DNA of 64,000 nt from Candidatus Nanoarchaeia archaeon (GCA_028279725.1 JANQNE010000004.1:12008-76007); one strand, 5' to 3'. Counted from the stretch's first letter, positions 45,371 through 55,409 are shown. Notes: generated by a model from the sequence alone, not told the origin. Program-made: numbers and translations.

Positions 45371-45374
45371 TAAG

Positions 45375-45590
45375 ATGAGATCATTAGACAAAATAGATGC
45401 AAATCAGGATGCGATTGTCAAGGTAGTGTGTGACAGTGAGCTTAAGAATCAGCTCATAAGATTTGGGATAGCTGAAGGAACCAAGGTTGAGATAGCTGAG
45501 AAGATACCTTTTGGCCCTCTTGTGATAAGGTTTAATGCGCAGGAGATTGCTATAGGAAGAGAGCTGGCAAGACAAGTGATGGTGGAATGA
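45375..45590 (+). CDS. feoA: ferrous iron transport protein A
   Basis: 71 aa with an SH3-like FeoA pattern (...RFGIAEGTKVEI...IRFNAQEIAIGRELA...). Confidence 0.85.
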   Translation: MRSLDKIDANQDAIVKVVCDSELKNQLIRFGIAEGTKVEIAEKIPFGPLVIRFNAQEIAIGRELARQVMVE

Positions 45591-47350
45591 GAAAGATAGT
45601 TCTTGTCGGCAATCCTAATGTAGGGAAATCTGTGTTCTTCAACCATTACAGTGGTATGTATGTTGATGTAAGCAATTTTCCAGGAACGACTGTAGAGATA
45701 AGCAAGGCAAAGTATAAAGGAAATCTGGTTGTAGATACGCCAGGGATATATAGTGTAGGATCATTGAATGATGAGGAAAAGGTTGCAAGAGATATAATCA
45801 TAGATGCAGATGTTGTACTTAATGTGGTGGATGCTACACATCTTGAAAGAGACTTATTCTTAACACAGCAGCTTATTGATATGGGGAAGCCTCTGATAGT
45901 TGCTTTGAATTTTATGGATGAGGCAAAAAAAGAAGGTATAGAGATAGATATCGATAGTCTGAAAGAGAGATTGGGTGTTGAAGTTATTCCTACAGTTGCG
46001 ACTGAGAATAAAGGGATAAGGAAGATAGACTTTTCAGATTTCAGAAAAGGAAATCCATGCATGGCTGTAGGGAGCTTTTGTGATAACAGGGCAGAATCTT
46101 TGCTGATTATGGAAGGAGATAAAGTGATAGCCAAGAAACATCTTGTCAAGCCAGTCAAGAATGATGCTTATGTTAAGAGAAGGGAGAAAGTTGATGAAAT
46201 AGTAAAAGAGGCTGTTGAACAAAGGAATATGAGAAAGAAGATGAACAAAATACTTACAAAAGCTACAACACACCCTCTGCTTGGTTTAGTGGTGTTGGTT
46301 GTTATATTGTATCTGTTGTATCAGTTTGTGGGTGTGTTTATAGCACAGACTGTTGTTGGAATAACTGAGGAGACAATAATGCAGGGCTATTATGAACCTG
46401 CTGTCAGGTCTTTATTATCTTTTATATCTCCTGAATCTGCAGTTGGTGCAATAATGTATGGAGAATTTGGACTTTTTACTATGACAGTTACTTACTTACT
46501 TGGGTTATTGCTTCCCTTGGTGCTGGGATTCTATATTGCACTTTCTATAATGGAAGACAGCGGTTATCTTCCAAGGCTGGCTGCTTTGGTTGACAGGATG
46601 CTAAATTTTATCGGACTTAACGGGAAAGCAGTCATACCTATAATCCTGGGATTTGGATGTGTAACATGCGCAACGATAACTACCAGGATATTGGGGACTA
46701 AAAGAGAGAAGACAATTGCTTCAACAATACTACAGTTTGCAATACCATGTTCAGCTCAGCTGGGAGTTATAGCTGCCCTGCTTGCTATAGTGGGCAAGCT
46801 ATATCTTTTCAGCTATGTTGCAATCATATTTGCATTTCTTGTTATACTGGGGACTATGCTTAATGCAGCTCTGCCTGGCAAGTCCTCACAGCTTCTCATA
46901 CATCTCCCCCCTTTGAGATTTCCTAGATTGGGCAATGTGTTCAAGAAAACATACATCAAAACATTTTCTTTTATGAAAGAAGCAGCTGTTTGGTTTTTTG
47001 CTGGAGCATTAATTGTCGGGCTGATGCAGGTTACAGGAATACTGGTATTCTTGCAGGAAGCTTTGAAGCCTTTAGTGGTGGGTTTTTTGCAGCTTCCTAA
47101 AGAAGCAGCAACAGCTTTTATAATGGGGTTAGTTAGAAGAGATTTTGGAGCAGCTGGCTTATATGATATGGCATTGAGTCCAGCGCAGATACTTGTTTCT
47201 TTGGTAACGATAACTTTGTTTGTTCCATGTGTAGCTTCATTGATGATTCTATATAAGGAAAGAGGGTGGAAACCAGCCTCAGTGATATGGATTGGAACAT
47301 GGGTGATCTCATTCTTGGTCGGAGGGATAATATCGCAGATAATAATCTAA
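45587..47350 (+). CDS. feoB: ferrous iron transporter FeoB
   Basis: 587 aa with an N-terminal G domain (GNPNVGKS, DTPG) and a polytopic gate domain. ATGA overlap with feoA. Confidence 0.95.
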   Translation: MRKIVLVGNPNVGKSVFFNHYSGMYVDVSNFPGTTVEISKAKYKGNLVVDTPGIYSVGSLNDEEKVARDIIIDADVVLNVVDATHLERDLFLTQQLIDMGKPLIVALNFMDEAKKEGIEIDIDSLKERLGVEVIPTVATENKGIRKIDFSDFRKGNPCMAVGSFCDNRAESLLIMEGDKVIAKKHLVKPVKNDAYVKRREKVDEIVKEAVEQRNMRKKMNKILTKATTHPLLGLVVLVVILYLLYQFVGVFIAQTVVGITEETIMQGYYEPAVRSLLSFISPESAVGAIMYGEFGLFTMTVTYLLGLLLPLVLGFYIALSIMEDSGYLPRLAALVDRMLNFIGLNGKAVIPIILGFGCVTCATITTRILGTKREKTIASTILQFAIPCSAQLGVIAALLAIVGKLYLFSYVAIIFAFLVILGTMLNAALPGKSSQLLIHLPPLRFPRLGNVFKKTYIKTFSFMKEAAVWFFAGALIVGLMQVTGILVFLQEALKPLVVGFLQLPKEAATAFIMGLVRRDFGAAGLYDMALSPAQILVSLVTITLFVPCVASLMILYKERGWKPASVIWIGTWVISFLVGGIISQIII

Positions 47351-47469
47351 AGAAAAGATGTCCTGACTGTGGATATGAGACTGATGAGGATACTATGATC
47401 TGTCCAAGGTGTAATGAAGGACTTCATCTTGTATCTGCATGTGAAGGATGCATGCATAAATGTTTCTAG
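47299..47469 (+). CDS. Cys-rich zinc-ribbon micro-protein overlapping the feoB 3' end (hypothetical)
   Basis: 56 aa from ATG 47299. CPDC-x12-CPRC plus C-terminal CEGCMHKC. Overlaps feoB by 52 nt in another frame. Start uncertain. Confidence 0.4.
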   Translation: MGDLILGRRDNIADNNLKKRCPDCGYETDEDTMICPRCNEGLHLVSACEGCMHKCF

Positions 47470-47495
47470 GTAAAATTAATAAATGATAAAATAAA

Positions 47496-47903
47496 ATGAT
47501 AGGTGTAATGAGATCAAAATCAAAGGAAGATTATATTGGAACACTATATCATCTTAAGGAAGAGCATGATAGTGTAAGGTCTGTTGATCTTGCAGAACAT
47601 CTCGGGATATCCAAGCCAAGCGTATCAGAGATGGTGGATAAGCTCTCTGATGAAGGACTAGTGAATAAGGAAAGGTATGGCCAGATTGAACTTACTAAAA
47701 AAGGACTGAAGCTGGCAAAAGATATAACAAACAAAAGAAGGATAATAGAACTTTTTCTTAAAGAAATCGTCGGTTTGGGCGAGAAAGAGCTTAAAGAGGA
47801 AGCACATAGGCTGGAACATGCTTTCTCAGACAAGAGTGTGGATAAGATCAGAGTTCTTTTGAATAATCCTAAGGTATGCCCTCATGGAAAACCTATAAAA
47901 TAG
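47496..47903 (+). CDS. DtxR/MntR-family metal-dependent repressor
   Basis: 135 aa. SKEDYIGTLYHL...VRSVDLAEHLGISKPSVSEMVDKLSDEGLV wHTH plus a metal-binding helix (HRLEH). Confidence 0.85.
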   Translation: MIGVMRSKSKEDYIGTLYHLKEEHDSVRSVDLAEHLGISKPSVSEMVDKLSDEGLVNKERYGQIELTKKGLKLAKDITNKRRIIELFLKEIVGLGEKELKEEAHRLEHAFSDKSVDKIRVLLNNPKVCPHGKPIK

Positions 47904-47906
47904 AGA

Positions 47907-48458
47907 TCATACTTTTCCATTGCAATCTATGTCTTTTCTGCCATCGACATAGCAGAAAGTTCCTGATTTATCATAAGATTTACAGAATCTCTCACACCTG
48001 TCGAATCCCCTGACATTATATTTCCTTGAGAATGCCCTGCATGTTCCGTTAACTTCTCTTTCTCTTACTGTTATTATCCTATATTCTTCGCAAAACAGAT
48101 CAGAATCGTTCTCACATAAGGAATTGCACAGTTCTGCAACCTGCTCAGTGCTGAGCTTTTCTTCCATAATTTCAATAGGCTCTTCTTTAGGGATAGTTAT
48201 GTTTTCTTCTAATGGTTCTGGTATCTCTTCAACTACGGGCTCTTCTTTCTTCTCTTCTACTTCCTCAGCTGGTTGTGTCTCTTCTTCCTTCATTTCTTCA
48301 AGCGAAGGGTCAGACTTTTGGGTTACTGGTTCTTCTTCAACAGGGATCTTTTCTTCTTCAAGCATATTCTCTTCTTGTTCAACAGGCTTTTCTGGCATCT
48401 GAGCAGAGCAGCCTGCGATAAAGATCAACAATAATATAATTAATAGTGTATTTTTCAT
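47907..48458 (-). CDS. lipoprotein with Glu-rich linker and Cys-rich C-terminal domain (hypothetical)
   Basis: 183 aa. Lipobox IAGC, E/P/V-rich spacer, and 9 Cys in the last ~75 aa. Confidence 0.55.
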   Translation of the reverse strand: MKNTLLIILLLIFIAGCSAQMPEKPVEQEENMLEEEKIPVEEEPVTQKSDPSLEEMKEEETQPAEEVEEKKEEPVVEEIPEPLEENITIPKEEPIEIMEEKLSTEQVAELCNSLCENDSDLFCEEYRIITVREREVNGTCRAFSRKYNVRGFDRCERFCKSYDKSGTFCYVDGRKDIDCNGKV

Positions 48459-48466
48459 AATATCAC

Positions 48467-48997
48467 CTAAAATTTTTTCCTAAGAAAAACTTGATTTGTC
48501 TTTCCAGATATTTTTCTTCTTATTATGTCTTTTTTCTCAAGATCTTTCAATATCAGCGAGAGTGTTGTCTTTGACATACCAACCCTGTATCTCAATGTTG
48601 ACTGTTTTATGCCGTCCTGTTCTTTTACTGCCTTGAGGATGTCCTGCTCTTCTTTGCTGAATCCTGCCAGGAATGCGTGGAACTTGTCTTTTTCTTTTAC
48701 TTCTTTCAAAGCAGAGGATACTTTTACCTGGTGTTCTGCAAGCACTTTCTGCGTATTGTCTATGAATGCTATGTATATGCCGAGAAGGATCAGGATCCCT
48801 GAGAATATCCATCCGATAACAAATAATGATATATTCCTGTCATCATGCAGGCATGTTCCGTCATCTAAGAAGCAGCTGCCTTTTTCCTGTACCATAAGTC
48901 TTATTGCGTTGTCTTCCCTTTCTTTGACCAATCCTATGAAGCTGGCTAACAGAACTCCAATAATGATCAATATGATTCCTATCTGTTTTTGGTTCAT
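48467..48997 (-). CDS. membrane-associated wHTH transcriptional regulator (COG2512-like)
   Basis: 176 aa. Two TM segments followed by a MarR-like HTH (...QSTLRYRVGMSKTTLSLILKDLEKKDIIRR...). Confidence 0.55.
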   Translation of the reverse strand: MNQKQIGIILIIIGVLLASFIGLVKEREDNAIRLMVQEKGSCFLDDGTCLHDDRNISLFVIGWIFSGILILLGIYIAFIDNTQKVLAEHQVKVSSALKEVKEKDKFHAFLAGFSKEEQDILKAVKEQDGIKQSTLRYRVGMSKTTLSLILKDLEKKDIIRRKISGKTNQVFLRKKF

Positions 48998-49078
48998 TTT
49001 TGATAAATATGCAGTTTTAGTTTATAATGTTTTCCCTTGACCGTAAATTATATAAATAAGATTGATGTTAGGTCAGCT

Positions 49079-49615
49079 ATGGAATATGAGTTTCTAAAAA
49101 AGCAGGAGTATGGGTTAAGTTATATACAGGAAAACATCGAGATGGTAGTGTATACAGCTGTCTGTTTTTTTGTTCCTTTCTTTATAGGACATCCTCAGCT
49201 TGTTGTAGGTGTTATCGTCAATGCTGCTTTAGTCCTGGGGGCTTTAAATCTGAGAAGTTATAAGATGCTGCCGGTTATCATGGCGCCAAGTTTAGGTGTG
49301 CTGTCAAAAGGATTGCTCTTCGGGTCATTTACTGTGTTTTTAGTGTATATGGTCCCATTTATCTGGATCGGAAATTCAATATTGGTGTATGCTTTCAAGA
49401 AGATGTATGTTCATAAGAAAGTGAATAGATGGCTTACTTTGCTTACAGGAGCTTTGGCAAAGATGGTGTTTTTGTTTTTAGCTGCTTTTGTTCTTGTCAA
49501 GATGGGAGTGTTGCCTGCTCCGTTTTTGACTGCTATGGGAATATTTCAGTTCTATACAGCTGTAACTGGCGGGTTTATTGCATTTGGAGTGCATGCTTTA
49601 AAGAAAAGGATCTAG
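49079..49615 (+). CDS. polytopic membrane protein (hypothetical)
   Basis: ATG 49079 (track ORF starts at TTG 49037). About 5 TM segments. No recognisable motif. Confidence 0.5.
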   Translation: MEYEFLKKQEYGLSYIQENIEMVVYTAVCFFVPFFIGHPQLVVGVIVNAALVLGALNLRSYKMLPVIMAPSLGVLSKGLLFGSFTVFLVYMVPFIWIGNSILVYAFKKMYVHKKVNRWLTLLTGALAKMVFLFLAAFVLVKMGVLPAPFLTAMGIFQFYTAVTGGFIAFGVHALKKRI

Positions 49616-50436
49616 ATAATATTTCCTTCTACTGTAATAGTTTCTTTGATTATCGGGATGTTCTTTCCCGAAGCTTCAACTGCCTCTTCTACAGCCATGT
49701 GCATCCCTGAGCAGCAGGGAACTTCCATTATGGCCACAGTTATACTCTTTATTGTGTTGTTCTTGAATATCTCTGTGAGCTTTTCTGTATAGCGTTCTAT
49801 ATCATCAAGCTTTGGGCAGCCGATGACCAATGATTTTCCGTGCAGAAGTTTGCTGTGAAAATTTGGATTTGCAAATGGAACACAATCAGATGCGACGAGG
49901 AGATGTGAATCTTGGAAAAAAGGTGCTTGCACAGGCAACAGGCTTAGTTGTACTGGCCATTGCCTTAAGGCAGAAGCTTGTTTTGTGTTATCAGCCGCAT
50001 CTGATCCAGCGTTTACTTCTCTTAATTGTGTTCCAGGACACCCACATGGTAGACTATTCTTATGCTGCATTTCTTTTTCCTCCAAAGGATTATCTATGTT
50101 TTTTTCTTTTAGGACTTCAAGAGCCTGTTTAAGGTACTTTACCTCTCCGTGCTCTTTAAGATGTTCAAGGTGAGCTTTGATAATGTTCTTTCCTTGTTTT
50201 ACTATATTTTCCATAACTTTTTTCTCATCATATTCTTCTGCTTCTCTCTCTTCTATGGTTATCGCATCCTGCGGACAGTGGCCGATGCATGCTCCTAATC
50301 CGTCACAGAAGAGATCACTGATAAGCCTGGCTTTGCCGTCTATTATCTGCAATGCTCCTTCTGGACAGTTAGGTATACACAAGCCGCAACCATTACACTT
50401 TTCTTCATCTATCTTTATTATGTTTCTCTTTACCAT
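49612..50436 (-). CDS. 4Fe-4S dicluster domain protein with Cys-rich C-terminal domain
   Basis: 274 aa. CNGCGLCIPNCP and CDGLGACIGHCP, then CGCPG, DCVPF, IGCPKLDD and VPCCSGM. Confidence 0.7.
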   Translation of the reverse strand: MVKRNIIKIDEEKCNGCGLCIPNCPEGALQIIDGKARLISDLFCDGLGACIGHCPQDAITIEEREAEEYDEKKVMENIVKQGKNIIKAHLEHLKEHGEVKYLKQALEVLKEKNIDNPLEEKEMQHKNSLPCGCPGTQLREVNAGSDAADNTKQASALRQWPVQLSLLPVQAPFFQDSHLLVASDCVPFANPNFHSKLLHGKSLVIGCPKLDDIERYTEKLTEIFKNNTIKSITVAIMEVPCCSGMHMAVEEAVEASGKNIPIIKETITVEGNII

Positions 50437-50508
50437 TTTAGTATCTTTTGTATACTAAGTATAAAAACGATAGTTATTTATATAATGAGCAGTTTCTAAA
50501 AGGATACT

Positions 50509-50865
50509 ATGGATGAAAAATGCACGATATACAGGACTGCTGATTTTATAGGCAAGAGATGGACAATATTGATCTTGCTGGAATTGTATAAAGGGAATGC
50601 TAAAAAGAGATATTCTGAACTTAAAAGATGTTTGCCAGGGATAACTCCAAAGATACTTGCTTCCAGACTGAGGGAGCTGGAGGATAAAAAATTAGTAGAT
50701 AAGAAGGTTGATGCTTCTAGCTTTCCTGTGAAGTGCGAGTATTCTCTTACAGGAAGCGGACAGGAGTTCATCAAGATAATAAAAGATATGAAGAAGTGGG
50801 CTTTGAAGTGGAATATAAAAAATAAGGCCTGCGCCAGTGAAGACTGTAAGCATTGTATGTTCTAG
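50509..50865 (+). CDS. HxlR-family transcriptional regulator
   Basis: 118 aa with IGKRWTILILLELY...RYSELKRCLPGITPKILASRLRELE. Confidence 0.85.
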   Translation: MDEKCTIYRTADFIGKRWTILILLELYKGNAKKRYSELKRCLPGITPKILASRLRELEDKKLVDKKVDASSFPVKCEYSLTGSGQEFIKIIKDMKKWALKWNIKNKACASEDCKHCMF

Positions 50866-51092
50866 AACGGCCACCCAAAAAGATAGAATGCCAAAACTGT
50901 GTGCACCAGTACAGATATGATAAATCCATACCAATAATAACAGTGATACTTGTAGAATTTCATGAACTTCTTATTATTGAACCATCTGCTGCTGAGACTG
51001 AACATACCAACACATCTGCATGAAAAAGCTACAAGCAATAGGAAAACAAGATTTGCTATCCCTGCAATAAATAAGACCTCAAGAGCTGCCAT
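50862..51092 (-). CDS. small 2-TM membrane protein (hypothetical)
   Basis: 76 aa. Last gene of the minus-strand redox operon. His- and Cys-containing TM helices. Confidence 0.4.
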   Translation of the reverse strand: MAALEVLFIAGIANLVFLLLVAFSCRCVGMFSLSSRWFNNKKFMKFYKYHCYYWYGFIISVLVHTVLAFYLFGWPF

Positions 51093-51355
51093 TATTTCTT
51101 TTTCCTCCCAAAGATTTGTTTTGTCATAGCTACGATCCAGTTCCAGTGGAGTGCCAGATGGACAAGCACCAAGATGCCCATGACAAGGCCAGACCAGTCG
51201 TGTATTGCTGAAATCGTTCTTGGTGAGATACTATCGTATACAAAGAAGAAATAATGCTTCCATAATGGGAATTTAAAGATTCCTGTGACAAAGACCAACA
51301 GGAAAGATATCGCAAGTCCAATGTCTATAAAATAATTCAGTTTACCTCTGTTCAT
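51092..51355 (-). CDS. DUF4405-like (cytochrome b-type) membrane protein
   Basis: 87 aa with the histidine pattern IHDWSGLVMGILVLVHLALHWNWI. Confidence 0.5.
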   Translation of the reverse strand: MNRGKLNYFIDIGLAISFLLVFVTGIFKFPLWKHYFFFVYDSISPRTISAIHDWSGLVMGILVLVHLALHWNWIVAMTKQIFGRKKK

Positions 51356-51675
51356 TTTAGATCACCTAAATAATTTCCATATCTGCTTACTCTTTCTTCA
51401 CTGCTTCTTTTGTGCCTTTCTTTAGCTCCTTCTTCAAATCCTGAAGGATTTCCACAGTGCTGATAGAATGATTCTGCCATATTCGGGTGCACAGGAGAGT
51501 TTGAGTAATCATAGACTTTCCCTTCGTAGACGATCCAGCAATCTTCCGGATTATTATGTGTTGAAAGTTCCATCTCTGTTATCTCTTTTGACGAACCTGT
51601 CTGTTCCTCTGCCTTTGCACATCCAAATAATAATAATGTAAAGATTATCAATACTAAAAATAAGATTTTTTTCAT
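51352..51675 (-). CDS. cytochrome b5-like heme/steroid-binding-domain lipoprotein
   Basis: 107 aa. Lipobox LFGC and ELSTHNNPEDCWIVYEGKVYDYS. The canonical HPGG is not evident. Confidence 0.5.
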   Translation of the reverse strand: MKKILFLVLIIFTLLLFGCAKAEEQTGSSKEITEMELSTHNNPEDCWIVYEGKVYDYSNSPVHPNMAESFYQHCGNPSGFEEGAKERHKRSSEERVSRYGNYLGDLK

Positions 51676-52644
51676 CTATTTCACCTCATACAATAAAGTG
51701 TCTGGATGGAATGCATACCAGGCAAACCAAAAGTCTCTTTCTTTTACTATCTCTTCTCCTGTTTCTGTGTTTGTTATCTTTATTATGCCTGCATTGTCTC
51801 TTTCTAGTTTTATTTTTGTGTTTTCTACTGTGTCTTCTATAATCTTTAGCTCAATAAGATCTTCCTCTTTATAAGCTTTATAGGTTCCGTTGATATTTAT
51901 CCCGAATATGACAGTTTTTGGATGGATCCTGTTGTCTTCTTCTTCAACAGGAAACATGACAAATGTGTTTTCATAATAGTTTCCGTATGGATCCCTTCCA
52001 TAGTTTCTGAAGTGTCCTGTCTTTTGGCTAAGGACTTCTGAATCAGGATGTTCTTTTTTCCAGTCTCTCCATACAACAGTGTCTATTGAAATAGGTTTTA
52101 GTTTAGTTCCTGTCAGTTCTCCTACTATTGCTAATCCATCTATCTGTGTCCAGTATGTTTCTGTCTTTCTGTCATACATGACTAGGTTTGAGTTGTATAA
52201 TTTTCCCGAAGTTCCGAATTCAACCTCTTCTCCATCAATCTTTCTTTCATATGCTATCCCTGAACCGCATAGCGGACAGTATGTGATGAGGATAGGATCT
52301 CCCGCTATGTTGTCGTTTACTATCTCGTGCCATACCAGGATCTGTAAAGGGTAAACTCTTCTTACACCTTTGTAGATGATCGCAAGGACAAGCTCGTTGT
52401 CTTCTATCCATTCATCAGCTTCTTCCAACGGTATGTATTTTGGATTATCAATACTTGGGATGCCATCCATAGGCGGACCTCCTGAAAGGATCTTTTCAGG
52501 GTCAACTATATATTTCAGACCTTCTTCGTTGACTTTTATCATCATCTTATTTCCTACAGATTCTATCTCTCCTTCACCATATATATTAACTTTAGTACAA
52601 CCTGAGATCAATAGCATGATAATGATAAAAAGGATATTTTTCAT
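51676..52644 (-). CDS. DUF3179-family secreted protein
   Basis: 322 aa. Lipobox [15 protein letters not shown], and YCPLCGSG. Confidence 0.65.
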   Translation of the reverse strand: MKNILFIIIMLLISGCTKVNIYGEGEIESVGNKMMIKVNEEGLKYIVDPEKILSGGPPMDGIPSIDNPKYIPLEEADEWIEDNELVLAIIYKGVRRVYPLQILVWHEIVNDNIAGDPILITYCPLCGSGIAYERKIDGEEVEFGTSGKLYNSNLVMYDRKTETYWTQIDGLAIVGELTGTKLKPISIDTVVWRDWKKEHPDSEVLSQKTGHFRNYGRDPYGNYYENTFVMFPVEEEDNRIHPKTVIFGININGTYKAYKEEDLIELKIIEDTVENTKIKLERDNAGIIKITNTETGEEIVKERDFWFAWYAFHPDTLLYEVK

Positions 52645-53030
52645 CTTTTACCTCCTTCCTTGAACTTAAGTGCGGCAGAGTTTATGCAGAATCTTTTTTT
52701 TGTGGGCTTTGGTCCGTCACTAAATACATGGCCAAGATGGCCACCACATCTGCTGCATAATACTTCTGTCCTTGGGATTATGATCTTGAAGTCTAGTTTT
52801 TTCTTTATGTTTTCTTCTGATATCGGCTTAGTGAAGCTTGGCCAGCCTGTTTCAGAATCAAACTTTGCTTCTGAAGAGAATAGCTTGTTTCCACATCCTG
52901 CGCAGAAATATGTCCCTTTCTTCTTGTTATTGTAGTATTTTCCCGTGAATGCTGCTTCTGTCCCTTTTTTTCTCAAAATCCTATACTCTTCTTCTGAAAG
53001 GCAGTCTTTCCATTCTTTTTCTGTTTTCAT
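52641..53030 (-). CDS. msrB: peptide-methionine (R)-S-oxide reductase
   Basis: ATG 53030, 1 nt after the ccdA stop. Contains [21 protein letters not shown] and RFCINS. Confidence 0.9.
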   Translation of the reverse strand: MKTEKEWKDCLSEEEYRILRKKGTEAAFTGKYYNNKKKGTYFCAGCGNKLFSSEAKFDSETGWPSFTKPISEENIKKKLDFKIIIPRTEVLCSRCGGHLGHVFSDGPKPTKKRFCINSAALKFKEGGKR

Positions 53031-53031
53031 C

Positions 53032-53709
53032 TTAGCTGAATATGCTGAATACAAAGATCAGATAGTACAGGGATATGCCGAGCATTATGATGCCTGCTAT
53101 GATGTTTATGATCTTTTTATTTTTTGTAAGGAAACCTATTATCACTTTGCTGTTTGCTGATGAGATTACTGCGAAGAGCAATAGGGGGAAAGCCATACCG
53201 ACCCCGAACAATATGAAGTTTAGAAGGTTGTTTATGAAGGCCATAGTTGACGTGCTTATAGCGAAAAGGACAACTAATGATGCTGGGTTGCATGGAAGAA
53301 CAACAGCTCCAAAGAAAAAACCGAAGATAAATGAAGTTAAGTAAGGGTTTTTTGTTATCGGTGCGTTTATCTTTGGAAATAACTTTCCGAAGTTAAAGTT
53401 GAATATCATAAAGATGCTGAAGATGGCCAGGATCCCAAATGCTATCGGAGAAATCACACCTATGGCTTTTGTCAGTGATTCCTGCAGAAATTTTGTGAAG
53501 ATAAGACCGAACAGGAACATAGATGATATGACTCCTGATGTTACTATCAGGCCTAGCCTGATAAATGTTCCTTTAGATTCTTCTTCTGATATCTGATTTG
53601 AAAGATAAGCCAAGAAAGCAGGGTATAAAGGAAGAACACAGACTGCTGCAACTGGTGCGAACAGTCCGGCTACAAATGATATCCATAGATTTGCTATTGC
53701 GCTGACCAT
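53032..53709 (-). CDS. ccdA: CcdA/DsbD-type thiol:disulfide electron-transfer membrane protein
   Basis: 225 aa with 6 TM segments. Contains CVLPLYP and LPCNPASL. Confidence 0.8.
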   Translation of the reverse strand: MVSAIANLWISFVAGLFAPVAAVCVLPLYPAFLAYLSNQISEEESKGTFIRLGLIVTSGVISSMFLFGLIFTKFLQESLTKAIGVISPIAFGILAIFSIFMIFNFNFGKLFPKINAPITKNPYLTSFIFGFFFGAVVLPCNPASLVVLFAISTSTMAFINNLLNFILFGVGMAFPLLLFAVISSANSKVIIGFLTKNKKIINIIAGIIMLGISLYYLIFVFSIFS

Positions 53710-53710
53710 T

Positions 53711-54316
53711 TTAACAATCCTCTATTTCTTCTTTAAGTTTCTCAACAGATTTGACCCCTCTACCTAAAAGTTTAGCAGACTGGTCAGGGCAGATAAGGAC
53801 AACAGGTGCTCCTGGTGCGTTTACTACACTGATTCCAAATTCATCGATAAGTGCTTCTGTAACTTTTACAGGCGATACTACAAAATACCAGTCATATCTG
53901 TACTTTTCTGCATGACCTATAACTTTATTTTCATCTTCATTAGGATCTGTGTTTATTGAGATAGAGATTACACTGTCTCCAACATCTTCATGAAGATCTT
54001 TTATTATGTCCTGCTGTTGTTTACATTTAGGACACCACACTGCAAAACTTTCTAACAGTATAGGTTTTCCTTTGAAGTCTGAGATCTTGAATTCTTCTTC
54101 TATAAGAACATCTTTTAATACAGTGTTTTTCCAATCAGTAGTTTTTGGTTCTTCTTCTGTTTTTTCTTCAATGGCTTTTTCCATCATTTCACTTTTCTCT
54201 ACCATCTCTGCTTCTTCCATCATGTCATTTTTGTCCATCATCTCTTTTTCAGGAGTCTCAGAAGTACATCCTATCAAGAACAATGAAAGAATTATGAAAA
54301 AAATAATCTTTTTCAT
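53711..54316 (-). CDS. TlpA/ResA-like thioredoxin-fold lipoprotein
   Basis: ATG 54316. Lipobox LIGC, Met/Glu-rich linker, WCPKC active site. Confidence 0.75.
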   Translation of the reverse strand: MKKIIFFIILSLFLIGCTSETPEKEMMDKNDMMEEAEMVEKSEMMEKAIEEKTEEEPKTTDWKNTVLKDVLIEEEFKISDFKGKPILLESFAVWCPKCKQQQDIIKDLHEDVGDSVISISINTDPNEDENKVIGHAEKYRYDWYFVVSPVKVTEALIDEFGISVVNAPGAPVVLICPDQSAKLLGRGVKSVEKLKEEIEDC

Positions 54317-54317
54317 C

Positions 54318-54752
54318 TTACAAATCAACCTCATTGATCCAGTTGCCGTGCTTATTACATTTTTCGATGACTGTCACTTTTCCACTGTCTGCTTTTAAGA
54401 AGATAACGGCTCCTGGATTAAGATTTCCCGGTGTCAGGTGTATCCTTGATATGAACTTTTTATCAAGGTAGTAGTCGATGAATGTTATGTAATGGTCAGC
54501 TTCCATGGGGTGCAGAACACTTCCAACCTTTACGACTATGTCTTTGCAGCCTTCTTCTCCTATGATACATGCATCAGCTACTTCTATAACTGGAACATGT
54601 TTCTCTTTTCCTTCGTTTTCTTTAGCATTTATCGCATCTTTCTCTTCAAAAGATGTTTTTGGTGAGAAGCACACAGGGCATCTATCTGGTGCAGCTCCAT
54701 CTATTGCCATAAACCCGCATGTCTGGCATTCAAATCCTTTCATTTTCTTCAT
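54318..54752 (-). CDS. superoxide reductase (desulfoferrodoxin-like, rubredoxin-type N-terminal centre)
   Basis: 144 aa. N-terminal CQTCG...CPVC. SOR domain with KHVPVIEV, HPMEADHYI and CNKHGNW. Confidence 0.8.
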   Translation of the reverse strand: MKKMKGFECQTCGFMAIDGAAPDRCPVCFSPKTSFEEKDAINAKENEGKEKHVPVIEVADACIIGEEGCKDIVVKVGSVLHPMEADHYITFIDYYLDKKFISRIHLTPGNLNPGAVIFLKADSGKVTVIEKCNKHGNWINEVDL

Positions 54753-54765
54753 CCTCCGTTGGTTT

Positions 54766-55146
54766 TTACCATAATCCTAATTTCAATCCGATCAGTTCTA
54801 CGAAAACGTAGAGCCATATTATATATGCTATGACTGCGATTATTAATGAGAGCAGTATAAAGTTTATTACAAACCTTCTTCTTTTCTTCAGTTTGTCTAT
54901 AGTGCATATCTTTTCTTTCCTGTAGATGTACCAGAAGAGTGCAGCTGCGAGCAGGAGAAGTGCAACTCCTCTGAATGCCCATTTGTATATTCCATATAAT
55001 GTGTCTGAAAGTGATGCTGCGAAGCTGACTGTGCTTATTCCGAAGAGGACTAATACAACAGGTGTGAAACAGCATAATCCACCTACAAAAGCTGTAACTG
55101 GTATGATCTTTTTCAGAAAGCTCTTTTGTTTTTCGTCTAGTTTCAT
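54766..55146 (-). CDS. membrane protein with intramembrane CC motif
   Basis: ATG 55146 shares ATGA with the upstream stop. Contains GGLCCFTPVVLVLFG. 4 TM segments. Confidence 0.5.
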   Translation of the reverse strand: MKLDEKQKSFLKKIIPVTAFVGGLCCFTPVVLVLFGISTVSFAASLSDTLYGIYKWAFRGVALLLLAAALFWYIYRKEKICTIDKLKKRRRFVINFILLSLIIAVIAYIIWLYVFVELIGLKLGLW

Positions 55147-55409
55147 CTTTTTACAAACAGACCGCACCAGCAGTCTCCTCTTTCTTTCCATGTGCTTTGG
55201 ATCTTGAAATTACAAGGACAGATAAGCTCAAGATCACGTTCTTTTGTTCTGTCTCTTAGCCTGCAAGGGCAGAGCTTGAGTCCGTGCTTTTTTTCATTGA
55301 TAAGCACACCTTCTATTATAGTGTCAACATGCTTCCTGTCTGGGTTAAGAATGAAGTCATTCTTTTCTGTGAAATTTTCCCAGGCTTTTCTGAGTTGTTC
55401 TTTGTTCAT
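55143..55409 (-). CDS. ferredoxin:thioredoxin reductase catalytic-subunit-like protein
   Basis: 88 aa with the FTR-beta cysteine pattern CPCRL...CPCNF...CWCGLF. Confidence 0.75.
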   Translation of the reverse strand: MNKEQLRKAWENFTEKNDFILNPDRKHVDTIIEGVLINEKKHGLKLCPCRLRDRTKERDLELICPCNFKIQSTWKERGDCWCGLFVKR

